A stretch of DNA of 64,000 nucleotides from NCBI GenBank assembly GCA_964658305.1, contig OZ210885.1:3162001-3226000 (forward strand), given 5' to 3'. Source of the stretch: Leptogorgia sarmentosa. Taxonomy: Eukaryota. Position numbers and translations under genes: made by a program. Below the pieces are notes generated by a model. That model worked only from the letters and a program-made list of their open reading frames with translations. It made no database searches and had not been told where the DNA came from. This document shows, in pieces, positions 49,556 to 63,000 of the stretch. How positions within the stretch are numbered: position 1 is the stretch's first letter; every line of letters starts with the position of its first letter.

Positions 49556-52500
49556 AAACCTGCTTCAACAATGCCATAAGGTAAATAATTTCAACACAAA
49601 GCAGGATATACCGTAACTGATTTAAGAAATGCCTACTCCCACCTAAACTCCATGATTACAAAACACACCTCAATCAATTTTATAATTTAGGGAACTTTAT
49701 ATGTTTAGGGAACATAAAATTTCCGTGTCTAAAAATCGACAAGTCTATATATAAAGCAATATATGAAGACTTCTTCCTAAAATACATAACAGCCCTATAG
49801 ACGTCTACTGCATCATTTACAGTAACTTTTTATAGAAAAGTAGATAAAGTTTTGCTGTTGTAGCTATATCCAGCCACATTATGATGATAGATAGAATGGA
49901 ATTCGTCCATGAAATATTCTAGAAATGCCTCAACATAACCAAAGAAAGGCAATAATTAACTAGACAAACACTCATACACTCGCCCAAATAGACAAACACT
50001 TTATTATTTAACATTGTATAATTACGGGTTAATTTGTTAAATAAAAATTTGGGAAAATCATAGTTGTTTAAATATGTATCAAGAATTGTTTTACAATAAT
50101 TGAACTGTACAACCAAACATGATCTACAAAAAAGTCCGTAAATTCGAAACCGAGGCTGAATCGCAAATGAACAAAAAGGACATCGTGCTGTAAGATGACA
50201 TGTTTGAGGTATGTTTGATTTTTTAATTGCATTTAATTTTTTTATTTTTGTGCATGGAATTAGAATTCAATACGAGTTTTTTTAAGCCCCAGGTTTGAAT
50301 AGTGCTTTTTTATATCATTTGTATCGTGAACATTTTTTTAAAATATCAAGCGGGGTTCCATTTATTAATTAAATAATCATTGCTCAATTTGAATGAATCC
50401 GAAAACCCACCAAAGATGCAATTAGTTTAAGAACCTTTTTACGGCATTTCTTCGAAAAATGTAACAGAATGTCGATCGTTTCTGCTCGAATAGACTAGCA
50501 TGCATACATCGTTTATCTATGTTTAGGTTTTGAAAAAGAACCTCGGAAAAATTGCATTCTTGCAGGTATTTATTTCCTTGGTTTGGAACAACCCCGAAAA
50601 ATTTGAACAAACTGAAATTAAGTCATAACGCGTCAGAATTCTAGGACTAGAAGACTGGCTTTTTCAGTCGAAAGATATTCTTTAGCCTCGATCGGAAATG
50701 CTTTTTTTCATTATTCTCTCTAGCTATAAGAAACGGGCAGGGGTGGGGGTCATATATTTGGCAAGTTTAAGAATTTGTTTTACATTTTCGACTCAGGAAA
50801 CGATGAAGGCGAGGCATAATTCGCTGCGAGACAACATTTTGGTTCATTGCGATACTTTAAGAGACACGTTGCCGCATTCAGGGGACCTACAAAAGGGGGG
50901 GGGGGCATCCAGCAGATCATACACAGTTATCCTGCGCATACAAATATGTCCAAACCTATTTCATGCATATGAGCCGGGAGATGTTATCAACTTAGAAATA
51001 ACGAATGATGCACCTTAATATTCAGATAAAACAGCCTAATGTTAGTATATAGTTCATCAAAGCAATATCTTCAGAGGTTTTTGGGATTGGGAATTCAATG
51101 GTGATTAGGATATGACTAGGCGTACTCGATATTCGTCTTCACCCGCTTTCTTAAATGGTTTTCAAGGAATTTAAGACATGTTTTGAATAAAACGCTCCCT
51201 GACCGCATTAACCGCTGGGCGCCCTGATGGGGCCAATGAATTATTGGGGCCCAAACATCTTCGGTGGTCAGTTACAAATTCATAAATTTCATTCTCCTGC
51301 GCACATTATCCGGGGGGGGGGGAGGGGGCTGGGAGTGTGGAGATCCTGCCGGCTGCCGTCTAACGTATTTTGTCCTACTTGTGTCGCTTTCATTTTAATC
51401 ATAATATCCTTGAATCGCAAGGGTTATAATTATAAGGTTTAACGCGTTTACAGTAGGAAATTTAATAGGTATCGGTCGCTGCATTTCCTTAGATCACGTA
51501 CTTTCACCATTTTTAACAGAGGAACTATCAGGGGACGCAGAATATCAAAAATTAGGGGGGGTGGCAAATATTCATATATTCGAAATATTTTGAAATCATC
51601 TGTTTTCAATGTCTGTGAACAACAATGTATGAATAACCCCCGCCCCAATTATCGATTTTCCGCTGCCCCCAGGAACTCTTATCGAGCCAACTATAATTTT
51701 CTCAAATTATTGTTTCGCAGTACATAAAACCGAGGTTTGCAAACTCTTTTCAATGAGGAAGAAGGAATCATGATATTTATGGTTCATTGCATGGATGCGG
51801 TGCTTTCTATTGATAGGTGGTGCGTGCAGGTTCAGTTTGCTATTCTAAATCATGAAAGAAAAAGCGAGGGGGGGAGGGGGTTATCTGCTTTTCTGTATAA
51901 TGTAGACTTTTCAGCCTAATAAGTAAGTGTAAGGCTTTTAAGTTAAAACGCTTGACTGCCAAATTTGAGCTTAACTTTTCAATTTTTTAAGAACTTTCCA
52001 GTTGAAGAAGTCAATTAAGCTTGTTGCTATGTTGAAAAATATTTGCAGAGGTAGTTAATCATGCTTCGTCGTAAGCAATATAGCTGCACCTGCCACAATT
52101 AAGACGCTCGTAATAAAGACTTGTGTTAACTTAACTCCGAGTTACACGGTCAGTTGACAATTGCCAACGAAAAAAAATACGCTGGCTGTTAATCGACATG
52201 CATTTTGTTTTCGTGCCTGATCTCAAACATTTTTTTAATTTGATCCATTTATAACCCGGCATGGTTCTCATTATTTTGATCTAGTCCTGCACGTATTTCT
52301 CAACAGACACCTTACTGGAATACATGAATATAAACATATAATTTTGGATTTCCTCATTGTTATCGTGTTTTGTCATTGTTGTCATATTTGAAATCATTTG
52401 TTTTCAATGTCTGTTAACACCAATGTATGAATCCCCCCCCCCCATTAATCGATTTTCCACTGCCCCCCGGGGTCTCTTATAGAGCCAACCCTAATTTTTC

Positions 52501-53944
52501 AAAAATTATTGGTTCGCTGTACACTACATAAAACCGGGATTTGCAAACTCTTTTTAATGAGGAAGAAGGAATCATGATATTTATGGTGCAGGTTTAGTTT
52601 GCTATTCAAAATCATGAAAGAAAAAGCGGGGGAGGGGTTATCTGGTTTTCTGTATAATGTAGACTTTTCAGCCTAATAAGTAAGTTTAGGGCTTTTAAGT
52701 TAAAACGCTTGACTGCCAAATTTGAGCTTAACTTTTCATTTTTTTATGAACTTTCCAGTTGAAGAAGTCAATTAAGCTTGTTGCTATGTTGAAAAATATT
52801 TGCAGAGGTAGTTAAGCATGCCTCGTCGTAAGCAATATAGCTGCACCTGCCACAATTAAGACGCTCGTAATAAAGACTTGTGTTAACTTAACTCCGAGTT
52901 ACACGGTCAGTTGACAATTGCCAACGAAAAAAAATACGCTGGTTTTTAATCGACATGCATTTTATTTTCGTGTCTGATCTCAAACTTTTTTTAATTTGTT
53001 CCATTTATAAGCATGGTTCTCATTATTTTGATCTACTAGTCCTGCACGTATTTCTCAACAGACACCTTACTGGAATAAATGAATATAAACGTATAATTTT
53101 GGATTTCCTCATTGTCATTGTGTTTATATTATAATGGGGCAAAAATTGCATGTTTTTATTATTTGAATAACAGTATGTGTGGGTTGAAACCGGCGTTTCT
53201 GTTCTGCGATGTTAGTAATTATTGAAAAGCCGCCTCTGTGTCTGACAAACATCGGCCTTCTATGACCTCTTAGCCTGGGACATGCGGCGGGAATGGCTTT
53301 CGCACGAACTGTAAACATTTAAAAGTATTTTGGAGTTGATGGACGGAAACTTTGGCAAGTTTTGTATTGCTATTCAAAATTTCAGGAAATTTGATTCGGT
53401 TTAAGCCTTTCAGAACGTCACGCAAACTATTGTTTTTGGTCAGCTTTCTGCATACCTAATTAGGCGTGAATTGCTTCTTTGCAATCATGTGACTTTTTGC
53501 CCAAATGACGAGAAATTGAACAACTTGTACACAATTTTTCTCAGTATCTAAGTACTTGTAGCAAGATAAAATGACGGTAACACATCTTTCCATGACTTAA
53601 AATGTCTCTAAATCTTAAAATGTCTCCAATGGATCGATTTTCGTCCTACTTGCCCGTCAACTGGAATTCCAAGTTTACGCCATTGCAAACAACCAATCAA
53701 GCATGCGGAAAGCTAATTATGCGAAAAACGCGCGACGTCTTGAAAGGCTTAAAATCAATAATTTTTTTTGAAATTTCCACCGGCAATGATGCAATACTCG
53801 GTAAAGATTTGTAAAAATGACTTGTAAGCGTTTTGTGCGTTAGCAATTTCTTTTCGTTTCTGTTGGAAAAGACGCCACCCTAAATTTTGAAAGTTTAATT
53901 TATATTTTTTTAATTAAAAGAGTATTAAAATCATGAATTAAGGG

Positions 53945-53951
53945 TATAAAA
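53945..53951 (+). promoter_or_regulatory. TATA box of copy 6
   Basis: TATAAAA at the homologous position upstream of ATG 54031. Confidence 0.6.
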
Positions 53952-54030
53952 GTAGCCCAGCATAGTACGATTTTATTCAGACAAGAAAAGCCTTGGGGAA
54001 ACAACATTTGGAATTCATCAATTTTCAAGA

Positions 54031-57000
54031 ATGAATTTTCTGGCATTGTTAATGGTGATGTTTCCGATGTCCATTGCACTGAAACCTGTTTCCAAAGACA
54101 GAAAGACATGTGCTTGGAGACATTTCAAGAACGCCAGCTTGGGTAACTATTTTTTATATTAATTTGGGTCACGTTAGTCAATTTTCATGTACACTCCACT
54201 TCGAGTTGAGCTGGCGCGTCATATCTTAACAGCCAAATTGTATTTGTATAGCATGCATGGGCATATAGCCTATTTCAGTTTAAACTCACTGTTATAATTT
54301 ATCATGATATGCGTGAATATTCGTCTAGATCGTTATCCGTTAGTCATGCTTGCCTCTACAGGCACTGCAGTTGCATGGTGGAATCACATAAATTTTTGTT
54401 TCATGTGAAAGGCATATGATTTCTTTATCCATGCACCTGCGATCGGTTGTACAAAGCGAGCTGAGGTCAGTAAGGTGCTGGCTCAATTGCTAGGGACCTA
54501 AGTTTTTCAATTCCATCATTCTCGCCAAGGCCATATCTTGGCTGAAATTTAATTTTTGCACTTTTCATTGCTAATGATATATCTCCTGCATGAAAACTAA
54601 GCATGCAATGGGCAAGAAACACGAATCTTATAGATGTAGAATTTAAAAGAGCAATTTATAGGACTGATACAGCTTCACTCAGTATAAATTACCAGGGCCG
54701 CCCAGAGAAATTTGGCGTCCAGGGACAAAATTTCACTTTGGGCCCTGGAAATTCTATCTTGTAGTAGCACAAGTCGTTAAGTCACAATCATGCACTCTGA
54801 GAGGGTATTCGAGCTTATATATTTGTTATGTATTCCATTTTATTTTTAATGGGGGGGGGTCTTTGCCCCCTCTGGGCGGCCGTGTAACTTACTATTCGAC
54901 ACACTGCATCTGTTTCTCAAAAATCGAACGTTTTAAAACTGGATTATATTTTAGAACAGTCGCCTCGATATTCGTATCTTTTATTTTCATATATAATTTT
55001 TATTACATACATGCAGTACTTCGAGGGCAAACAGACTTTGCATGCATAGTCTGTAATTATAACTCGAGATAATTTCGGCGTCGGTTCTACAAATAAAATA
55101 AACCTTAATAACATTTGATCTCTTGTCAGTCACACATTGTGAGTTTGGATTTTATGCCATGGTATCTTCAGTTGAAGGAACATTTATGCGGGCAGTAATA
55201 CTTGTTGCTTATTTTGAGGTTATAATATTTGCCATTAATGCATGGGCTTTGTGCAACTGGGCGCAGGTTATAACAGCAAGGGACAAGCCAATACACTAGG
55301 CTTTAATATTAGCCGTCATCCTCGGGATGGCTTGTGTGTATATAGGGCATGCATCCTTTTTGTCTGTTCGTACCTCTTTTAGCTTAAACAGTTGATATAT
55401 TTTCATATATATAACAATTAAGTAACGAGGCCGCGTTATCTATTTATGAGTGTATAGATAGTCAATTAAGTCCAAGTAAATGAGTGATAAAACCTAAGCA
55501 TGCAAAAATTTCATTTGAAGCTAAAAAGACACTCTGAAAATGAGGCTATAAGGTATAATCTAGGAAACAAGAGCACTCTTAAGCGCGCAAAATATTTTGA
55601 TTTTAAAGGCTCGGTTACGATTAAATGACTATGAGCAATTATATGATTTGAATAATGTATAGCTTGCAATGTAAACAAAATTAATATGTGCTCAATGCTC
55701 ATGCATGCAGCAATTTCGTGTATCTTAGCGTTATATTTTTCGCAAAAATCCTTGATAATTATATGCCATTCAAATTTGGTCTCTTACAATTAGTGGGGGG
55801 GGGGAGGGGCGTTGGGATTTTCGGTTTTTTGGATTTGGTCAATTTTTAGGTCGATTTTTCGAGTTTTGTGTCAAATAACTGCGGTTTTTCGGTTTCGGTA
55901 ATTTCCCCCGGTTTATATGGTTTTTAAAGGTTTTAGCAGTCGGTTTTCGGTTGTCAATTGAAATACTCATGGCCTTTCGGATTTGGTCTGGAATGTAATT
56001 TTCGGTTTCCATACCAGTCTGTTTGCTTGGAAACTTCATAGAAAACTATTAATGATCTACAGAAAATTTCTGAAGAAACATTTCTAAATTTTAAAACAAA
56101 TTGTTGGAGAATTTGCTCTGAAATTAAAGTTAACCCAGGGTTAAACTAACCGGCTTTTGAACAAAATCGGCCCCTGATTGAACAGATAGGGGCGGCTAAG
56201 TCACATGGCATCGGTGCAATTGTATTGAAAATTGATTCAGGCTAAACATTTATATATATCTAAAGATCACACAGAGGAGGCAAAGTACGAACGATTTATT
56301 AATTATTCTTATATCGGATCGCTTTGTTAGTTGCGTTACTATTTAACGTGTTGAACAATACTATGAACTGTTGCATATGACTTGCATTGTGTAATGTATG
56401 TTAGTTACCTTTAGTTTTTTGCTATTATTCCGAACTCGCACGACTGATGAACATTGAATATAGTTTGAAATAAAACATCTGTTATTACTATCTCCGCGCT
56501 ATTCAACTGAAATCAGCGAAGTTCGAAACTCCCGAAGCCTCTCGCGCTAAGTCAACCCCCCCCCTGTAGGTCCAAGAATTGAAACTCAGGATCTGCAAAG
56601 CCCTAAACTCAAGATTGACGCTTCCAGCAAACCGCTAACCAAAAGGGGCAAACTTCAAATCGTATTTTAAAGTAAGTTCTTCGGCAGGAAAGTGGATTAT
56701 TCACGCTTAAATTTTCATTTACAAACCACCCCAACTTCGGACAACGAACAGTTGATATCAATGTGCGAGAATTGAAGTTTGCCGTTTGGGGTTAACGCCA
56801 ATCTAAAGTGCCTAATGTCAGTTTCACACTTTGTGTTTCTGTTCTTTGACAGGAAACCAAGCACTTCGTCCATCAAACTTGATCTCAAGTCACAACGTTG
56901 ATCTTTTGGCAGAATGTCATCTTCATTGTGTAAATGCAAGCAATTGTTACGGTTATAACTTCAGAGTCAGACCTAGCAGTGTTTATACAGTTAACTGCCA

Positions 57001-60000
57001 GTTGAGTAACAGCTCCGTGAAAATGAACATGACAAAGATGAGAAATGGATCTTGGATTTTCTACGAGGATGTTTTGGTAAGAATAAACATAATCCTGAAT
57101 TGTGAGGGATTTGTACAGGGATAATTTCGGCATTACCAAATGATTCTATATTCGAGGAAAATTCTACGTCTATAAAACGGCCTCCGCGTTGAACTCGTCG
57201 CTGCACGATTTTCTTACCGTAAATTTTGTCACCCCATAGGTCACTAAAGGTAAGCAAAAATTATGAATTGATGCAGAGTCGTTCAATACAGGTAAACGCA
57301 TAAATAAATACATGCATAAACTTTCTACGTATATATTGAAAGATGAGACAACATTCAACTTTTCAAGCAAAGGATCTTCTTGGGAGGGAGGATAGTTGTC
57401 AATGCTAAGTTGAATTTTGTTTTATCGTTTAGACAGTGGACGGAATCTTGATGTAGGCTACTATAATCCTATTGTTTACTACCTATGCTATATACGTACC
57501 TAAAAATTGTTATTTATTATCATAAGACTTAGTGTTATATAGAATGCTTTGGTCTGAACAGCCTTTGTTTCTTCAGCTTTGTCCTTGGACTTGCATGTAA
57601 CTTTTGACTGCCTAAGTTTGGCAAGGACCTATTAGCACAGTCGAATTGGAAAATTTTCACGATATTAATTTTGATTATTTCAGACAATGATGAATGTTCT
57701 CAGGAAAGTCACAAATGTCATTTCAATGCAACATGTATCAACACTCCAGGTTCTTACGACTGTCAGTGTAGAAGTGGATACACTGGAAATGGCCGCACTT
57801 GCACAGGTAAATACGTCGCCATTCTTTTCTTCCATATTCAACTTAATAGGGAATGTGGGACCTCTCAGGCGCGTTTTTTACCATTCTTTTAATTATTTCA
57901 GACGTTGACGAATGCTCTCAGGATAGTCACACATGTCATTTCAATGCAACATGTATGAACACTCCAGGTTCTTACGACTGTCAGTGTAGAAGTGGATACA
58001 CTGGAAATGGTCAATCTTGCGCAGGTACATGATATTTGTGATAAAAATTGTAACTAGTAGCATTGCTAATGGTGCATATAGGTAGGATGCGCTATTGCAA
58101 CGTTTACATTTACTTTCAGACAATCAGACCACATCAACTTGAATTAGATTAATGAGCTCGTTCATTTTGTCATTATGTTACAGATATTGACGAATGTCGG
58201 GACAATTCCACACATTGGGACTCAAATGCAATCTGTACAAATACTGACGGTTCATACAAATGTAAATGCTCTCAAGGTTACCGAGGAAATGGACAGAATT
58301 GTACAGGTAAATATCGAAACTGTATAATGGTAGCAATCTACAGGCAGGGCGCTTCAGATAAAATTTGGGCCCAGGAGAAAGTAAACTTGGGGACTGCATG
58401 TGAAGTCAGAAGTGTGAAGTTTCGCGACACTGATTTGCTGCCGGTCTACAAACGCCTTGGAAATTAGACTAAACAATCATTTGAGAACAGCGATTCTATT
58501 TTAAAACAACTTAGCTATATAAATTTCATTTAAATTGCCTTTTGCTAGCGCTTCCTCTGTCGCGTTACATTATTCAGACGAATTGTAAAGTGATGTATGA
58601 TGTAACTTCTCAATTTATTCCCTAAAGCAGTAATAACGCGCGTTTAACAAAAAAAGAGCGGTTTCTTTTGGTATCGTATGCTAATATATTATGAGCACTT
58701 TAATATAGTGCTGTGCACTGACAAGTACATATAGTATTAAAGCAGGGACGTAAATATCAAAGATGGCAGGGGTGAGGTATTCATGAAAATCAGACCGACC
58801 AATTGCTGAGATGCGAATTTAGACCGACTACAGCTAAAACCAGTTAATACTACCAATAACTGTTTTTTGCGAAAAATATATATACAATGTATTTTATAGT
58901 TGTGATGTAACGGTTTGTAGTTTGTAGCAACGGTTAAAGCGGTGTAGCCATCCAAAGATATTCGGTCGTTCTCATCAAGTACCTTTAATTGTTTATGATT
59001 TATTTTCAGACTAAGTCTAATCAATTTTTAGACCGACTATACCATATTACTGGCGGGAGGGGGTATGTTTCACCCCCCCCCCCTCCCTCACACCCCACCA
59101 CCACAGTTACGCCCCAGAGCTCATATGCGCAGTCTTGCTACGGAACGAAGCTAATACGAGCATGCATGCGTCATTAGTATTGTGTACTTGTTTACATCTT
59201 AATATCATTATATGAATTGGAATATTATAATTTTTCTTGTTAATTCATTCATTCAAATTTATTTCTCCATTCTGGAACTTTTTCCCATTTGAAGTATACG
59301 ATATGTATTTCGGTGATCAAGGCCGCGCAAATACGTTGATATTTTTATTCATGTATGAGAAACTGTTTGGACATTAAGGAAATCTAACTTTCGTTAGCTT
59401 TTTAGACAGTCATTTATTTGCGATCTAGTTCCATAAATTTTATTCAAACAGGTCATGAAATTAGTTGATCACTGTATGCTCGCTTGTCAGCAATCCCTTT
59501 TTCTTCCATGGATGTTTCTTATAGTTATTCAATTGTTAACGAATCTATGATTCTTGCAGCTAATTATGGTGAAGCATCGAGCAGTACAATAAAGAGCAGA
59601 AATATAAAATAATTTAGACAAGATCTAGAAACAAAATAAATAACTTCGTAAGATTTTATTTAATTTGTTTAACTTCGTCATTTGTTTCAAGAAATTTGTT
59701 AAACTGAAAAATTTATGACTTTCTTATTTTTAATTTTTCAGACATTGACGAATGTTCTGAAGGCAGCCATGGCTGTCACGCTGACGCAACCTGTAACAAC
59801 ACTCAAGGATCATACAATTGCACGTGTCCCAGTGGAAAATATTGCAAGAACATCAAAGGTGATTTATTTTGTAGTGAGATTAATATGTATTCAAGTTTCT
59901 TTGGTCAACTGTTAAGAGTATGGAGATGTGTTTCCATGTGTGCAAGGAACGTTAAATTCCTTTATCGAATGTTAATTTTTGTCTAAACAAAATAATTAGT

Positions 60001-63000
60001 TTAATAATAATAATAATCAGCATTGATTTTCTATATTCCTGTCTGACATTGTTTGGGTAAATTTATATTCACTCAGGCGTGTCAGGGATATTGAAAAATG
60101 AACCAAACGAATTCGAAAAGAAATTGGAAGAATGGGTGCCGAAAACAGGAGATTGGAGTATTTGTTGGCGAGCAACGCGAGATGGTTGGGCTGCGAGTAC
60201 ATTTCATTCAAATTGTGATGGAAAATCACCAACCATAACTATCGTTCAAGTTATCAAAAACAGCAAAAAGTTTGTTTTCGGCGGTTATGCTACAGTGCCA
60301 TGGGGGAGCTCCAGTAAGTTTGAAATGATTACAGTTATGTGAGTTATTATTTTAATCATGTATTAGGTTCTTATAATCTTCTCTTCGCTCCATCTTAACT
60401 GACTCTTACTGAACGACTATTTCATTAATTGGATTTGTTACCTGCATGGTCCGGCAATGACTACAATTATTGTGATACAAACATTTGTTGATCAAATTTG
60501 ACCAAAACACGATAAGAATCTGCTAAAAGTTTGTCTCAGGCTTCAAGGTGAAAAATCTGAATGCGTCATCATGCATTTTGATGCATGCATGACATTTTGT
60601 TTAAATCCTGGCGTTATTTATGAATGTACAGTCTACAGTGTCCTGTAGTATAAAATAAATTGCCAGTATATATACCATGATACCGTTCTGTCTTTAAACA
60701 TGCAGCTATAGATGTCCAGGTAAATTTAAAACTTCAATAATAATGAACCAGCATACTTTTTCTATCTGCGAACGCAGATACTATGCTATGACCCTGTTAG
60801 CTGTTAGCTGTTAGCTGTTAGCTGTTAGCTGTTAGCTGTTAGCTTCTAGCCAATCAGCGACGAGCTTTTGCTTATAATTACGTAATGCAAGATGGCGGCG
60901 TTCGAGGAGTGAAGGCGATGTGCGATCGGATTTTTGCGAAAATGTGAAGTGCAGTGTTTAAGTACGACGGTTTAAGCAAACAATCTTGACTTTGCAGGTC
61001 CCTGTCAATGTGCAGTTGTAATTTAACAAAGGATTTAAAACGGCAGCGTGCTGTTTTAGTTGTCGGCCTTTCGGTTTGTAAATTAAAAATGCGTACAGAG
61101 CACACTGTCCAGATGGCCGACCCATGAACAGTGAACTCAAATAAAACTGGAACGCTAGCTGGGCGGGAAATTTTGAAGCCAATATGGCGGAAATTGAAGC
61201 TCGTCTTGTAGGTATGATCCAGGCCCCTGCGCGGATTATCCGCGGATTATCGCCATGCTTTCACCCTTCGTGACTACCCTACGCAAAAAACACGCGTGTT
61301 TTATACCTACAAGAGAGGCTTCAATTTCCGCCATCTTGGCTTCAGGCATGTATGGGCATGTTTACCTGCAGCTAGCGTTCCAGTTTTATTTTGAGTTCAC
61401 TGCCCATGAACGGTTTTGTCACAGCACGCTAAATAAAAACTGGATACATTCTGTTGAAGTAGCCTGTTCGCAGGTTAAATCTAATCATATTCAAGATGGC
61501 GGTAAAAATTGAAATAAGGCCAAAACGATATAATTAAATAATTTAATGTCATTTACATGTAATATTAGGTAATCCCACGATATTCAGTATAAAACCATAG
61601 TTTTATGCATATTGGAGGCACAAAGAAAGTTTTTTCCCAAGGAATTTCCTCGTATTTTTCACGAAAGAGTCGAAGGAGGAAGGTGAGAAATGCTGTATAT
61701 GAGAACAGTCAACCAGGGGCGGATCCAGGGGTAGTCAAAGCGATCACGCGACTAACGTAAAAAATGCAGTTTATGAAATTTTTTCTCATCTATTATTCTA
61801 GTGCGAAAATGCGGTCCAGTTTAAAATTTCGTCCAGTTGCACATTAATCTTTTATCTTGTGTCAGTACAAGTGAACAGCGGCCTAGCGCGTGAGTTTTGA
61901 TCGGTCACATGTCAAATTCGCGCAATCCGATTGGCCATTTCGTAGTTCTCCATGGCGACCCAGGTTTTGATCGATCTAGAGGTTGGTCTGATCGATCTAG
62001 GGGCATGTTGGGGGTGTGTTAGAGCTCATACAAGCCACTCAATTGGCTAATTCAAAATAGTATCTTCATTCCCATTGGTTGTAATTTCTTGATCGATCAT
62101 GACCGATCAGACGTTCAGAGAGCTGGTCTCGTATTAGCGCCTTTTCGATACTGTGAGCCTTGAACGCGAAGGAGAGAATACAGCGAGTATTTCACAATGT
62201 CTTGTGATATTTTCGAGAGTGTACGCTTGGCGTTTCAGCAAAACGACCAAGTCTCCCCTCAAAATATTATGACGATTTAAAACGCGAGGTTGAAGCGAGA
62301 AGAGGTCCATCGGTCGAAGAGTTGTTGAGCGCGATTATATAAACAACATAAACATGTGCCTCAGGCGAAGCTATAGTGCTGAATCGTTCATCCCCAAATC
62401 TGCTCGAGAAGGGAAAGACAAGATCTGTACTGCAATAAGGTCAAGATATTAGTATTATTTGTTTATTATAATGCTGGTTTATGTCTTTCTCATGTTAATA
62501 AATACTAAATAGCGTCTATACATTTCTCGCGTTACGCGTCTTGCTTGCGGCAGCCGGCAAGACTTGATATATTACTATTAGGTAGTCAAGCATTAAAGTA
62601 TAATGTAACAAATAAATAACAAGCATTAGTATAATATTATAAGGTTGGCAAGTAAACAATAATATGATGGCTCGCTACCGCCTAAAACAAGGCGAAAAAA
62701 TCAACGTCTCGCCAACAAACTTCGCTAAAAAATAGCAGCCCCTACTTCTAGGATAGTATTACTAAATATGTACAACGTTTTTTGGCAACAAAACGAGTGA
62801 AAAAGTCGAAAAAATACGAAAAGTTTCTCTTAATTTGCCGTGTCTCGATGCTGGATGCCTGTTGCCGTGCAAAAATTGCCGTTTGAAATAACGAATACGC
62901 GATCCTATTGGTGGGCTGTTATGTCGGTTTATTTATAACCAATAGGATCGCGTATTCGTCATTTGAAACGGCAATTTTTGCACGGCAACAGGCATCCAGC

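Noticed and set aside
60794..60842. (CTGTTAG)7 as a telomeric or CRISPR-like repeat
   Set aside because: It has no spacers and is not TTAGGG; it is better explained as the internal microsatellite of a Helentron-like element.
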